Shown here one piece after another: positions 34,264-34,834 of a stretch of 34,834 nt of DNA; the stretch's first letter is position 1, and each line of letters starts with the position of its first letter. The position numbers and the translations under genes are program-made. The notes under the pieces were generated by a model, which ran no database searches, was not told the origin of the DNA, and saw nothing but the letters and a program-made list of their open reading frames with translations. Source of the stretch: a virus (taxonomy: Duplodnaviria; Caudoviricetes); IMG/VR virus record IMGVR_UViG_3300044724_004857, positions 1 through 34,834 of that record. One strand, 5' to 3'.

Positions 34264-34521
34264 ATGTCTATCACCATCAAATACGATTTTTTCTCTGATC
34301 ATTCACTTACTGCAGTAGCAGAAGTATGTGAGATTGCAAATGTAACACCACTATCTGTTACATTCAATTCTACAATGCATGATAATGTAAGTGTGGAGTT
34401 TGTCGATCAAAAGGACGCAATCCTTTTCAGTGAGGTATATCTTGGATCAACAGATCCTTCTGATATTCAAGAGTATGTTGGTTCTGAAACTCCTCTTGGA
34501 GAGGAAGTATATGGTGGTTAA
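34264..34521 (+). CDS. Hypothetical acidic protein
   Basis: 85-aa ORF exactly between two elements. Confidence 0.65.
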   Translation: MSITIKYDFFSDHSLTAVAEVCEIANVTPLSVTFNSTMHDNVSVEFVDQKDAILFSEVYLGSTDPSDIQEYVGSETPLGEEVYGG

Positions 34522-34525
34522 TAAA

Positions 34526-34556
34526 GTTAGTAACCTCTAAAGTGTTCCTATAGTAT
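34526..34556 (+). repeat. Intergenic cassette element, copy 14
   Basis: GTTAGTAACCTCTAAAGTGTTCCTATAGTAT. Confidence 0.92.
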
Positions 34557-34641
34557 AGGGTTCAGACTTCTCTTTCCTACTTCTCTCCAATCGGATTGTT
34601 TCTAGGTATTGTTTCTCTGAACTATTCTGAGTCTTTCTTCA

Positions 34642-34719
34642 ATGATCAAAACCAAAAAAGAATGGTCTAAAGTCTACGCTAACTTCTATTCTATTGTTTT
34701 AATTCTGATTCTTCTTTGA
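34642..34719 (+). CDS. Possible 25-aa membrane peptide
   Basis: MIKTKKEWSKVYANFYSIVLILILL, translated by hand. Confidence 0.3.
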   Translation: MIKTKKEWSKVYANFYSIVLILILL

Positions 34720-34723
34720 CATC

Positions 34724-34834
34724 ATGACTTATTCAAACCTCTCAAAAATAAAGACTAAGTTCAGAACTGAAGGTCAAATTACTGGTAATTGGGGAAAGAG
34801 TAAAGTACGCACTAATGGTAACAGTGACCTAGGA
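34724..34834 (+). CDS. Hypothetical protein, 3'-partial
   Basis: MTYSNLSKIKTKFRTEGQITGNWG... is open to the window end. Confidence 0.5.
   Translation, partial: MTYSNLSKIKTKFRTEGQITGNWGKSKVRTNGNSDLG

Noticed and set aside
29891-34556. CRISPR array interpretation of the 31-bp repeats
   Set aside because: Spacers are ~190-910 nt, irregular and contain intact ORFs; no cas genes are visible.
23841-34556. Classical integron attC sites
   Set aside because: GTTAG/TAAC resemble core sites, but there is no extended bottom-strand hairpin, the order differs from RYYYAAC...GTTRRRY, and no integrase is in the window.
1-34834. tRNA, rRNA, introns or IS elements
   Set aside because: No cloverleaf, rRNA-like, split-gene or transposase signatures noticed by eye; tRNAscan-SE and Infernal were not run.

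Overview
The window looks like part of a T4-like cyanobacterial myovirus (Kyanoviridae-like) genome. It is AT-rich, densely coding on the + strand, and carries TATAAATA-type late promoters plus cp12- and nblA-like host-takeover genes. (1) 1-8094: three large tail/virion fibre genes, the last with an S74 chaperone domain and a cupredoxin-like insert. (2) 8071-10544: four paralogous Cys-rich genes with a C-terminal DUF1566/CLec-like domain. They arose by tandem duplication, include one headless copy and gene-conversion tracts, and have hypervariable 3' ends with a DGR-like NNC codon signature; no RT or template repeat is seen in the window. (3) 10624-19315: a modification-enzyme cluster behind a late promoter (three 2OG-Fe(II) oxygenases, a sulfotransferase, two carbamoyltransferases, two glycosyltransferase-like genes), several ending in a shared hydrophobic-x-Tyr-x C-terminus. 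(4) 19397-34834: small accessory ORFs, two GIY-YIG/Seg-like endonucleases (one inside a ~1.1 kb GpC/CpG desert), an SF2 helicase, an NblA fusion and CP12. Fourteen copies of a conserved 31-bp intergenic element divide this part into gene-cassette-like units, and a ~116-bp tripartite site occurs twice. All family assignments come from motifs recognised by eye; no database searches were run and all counts are manual.
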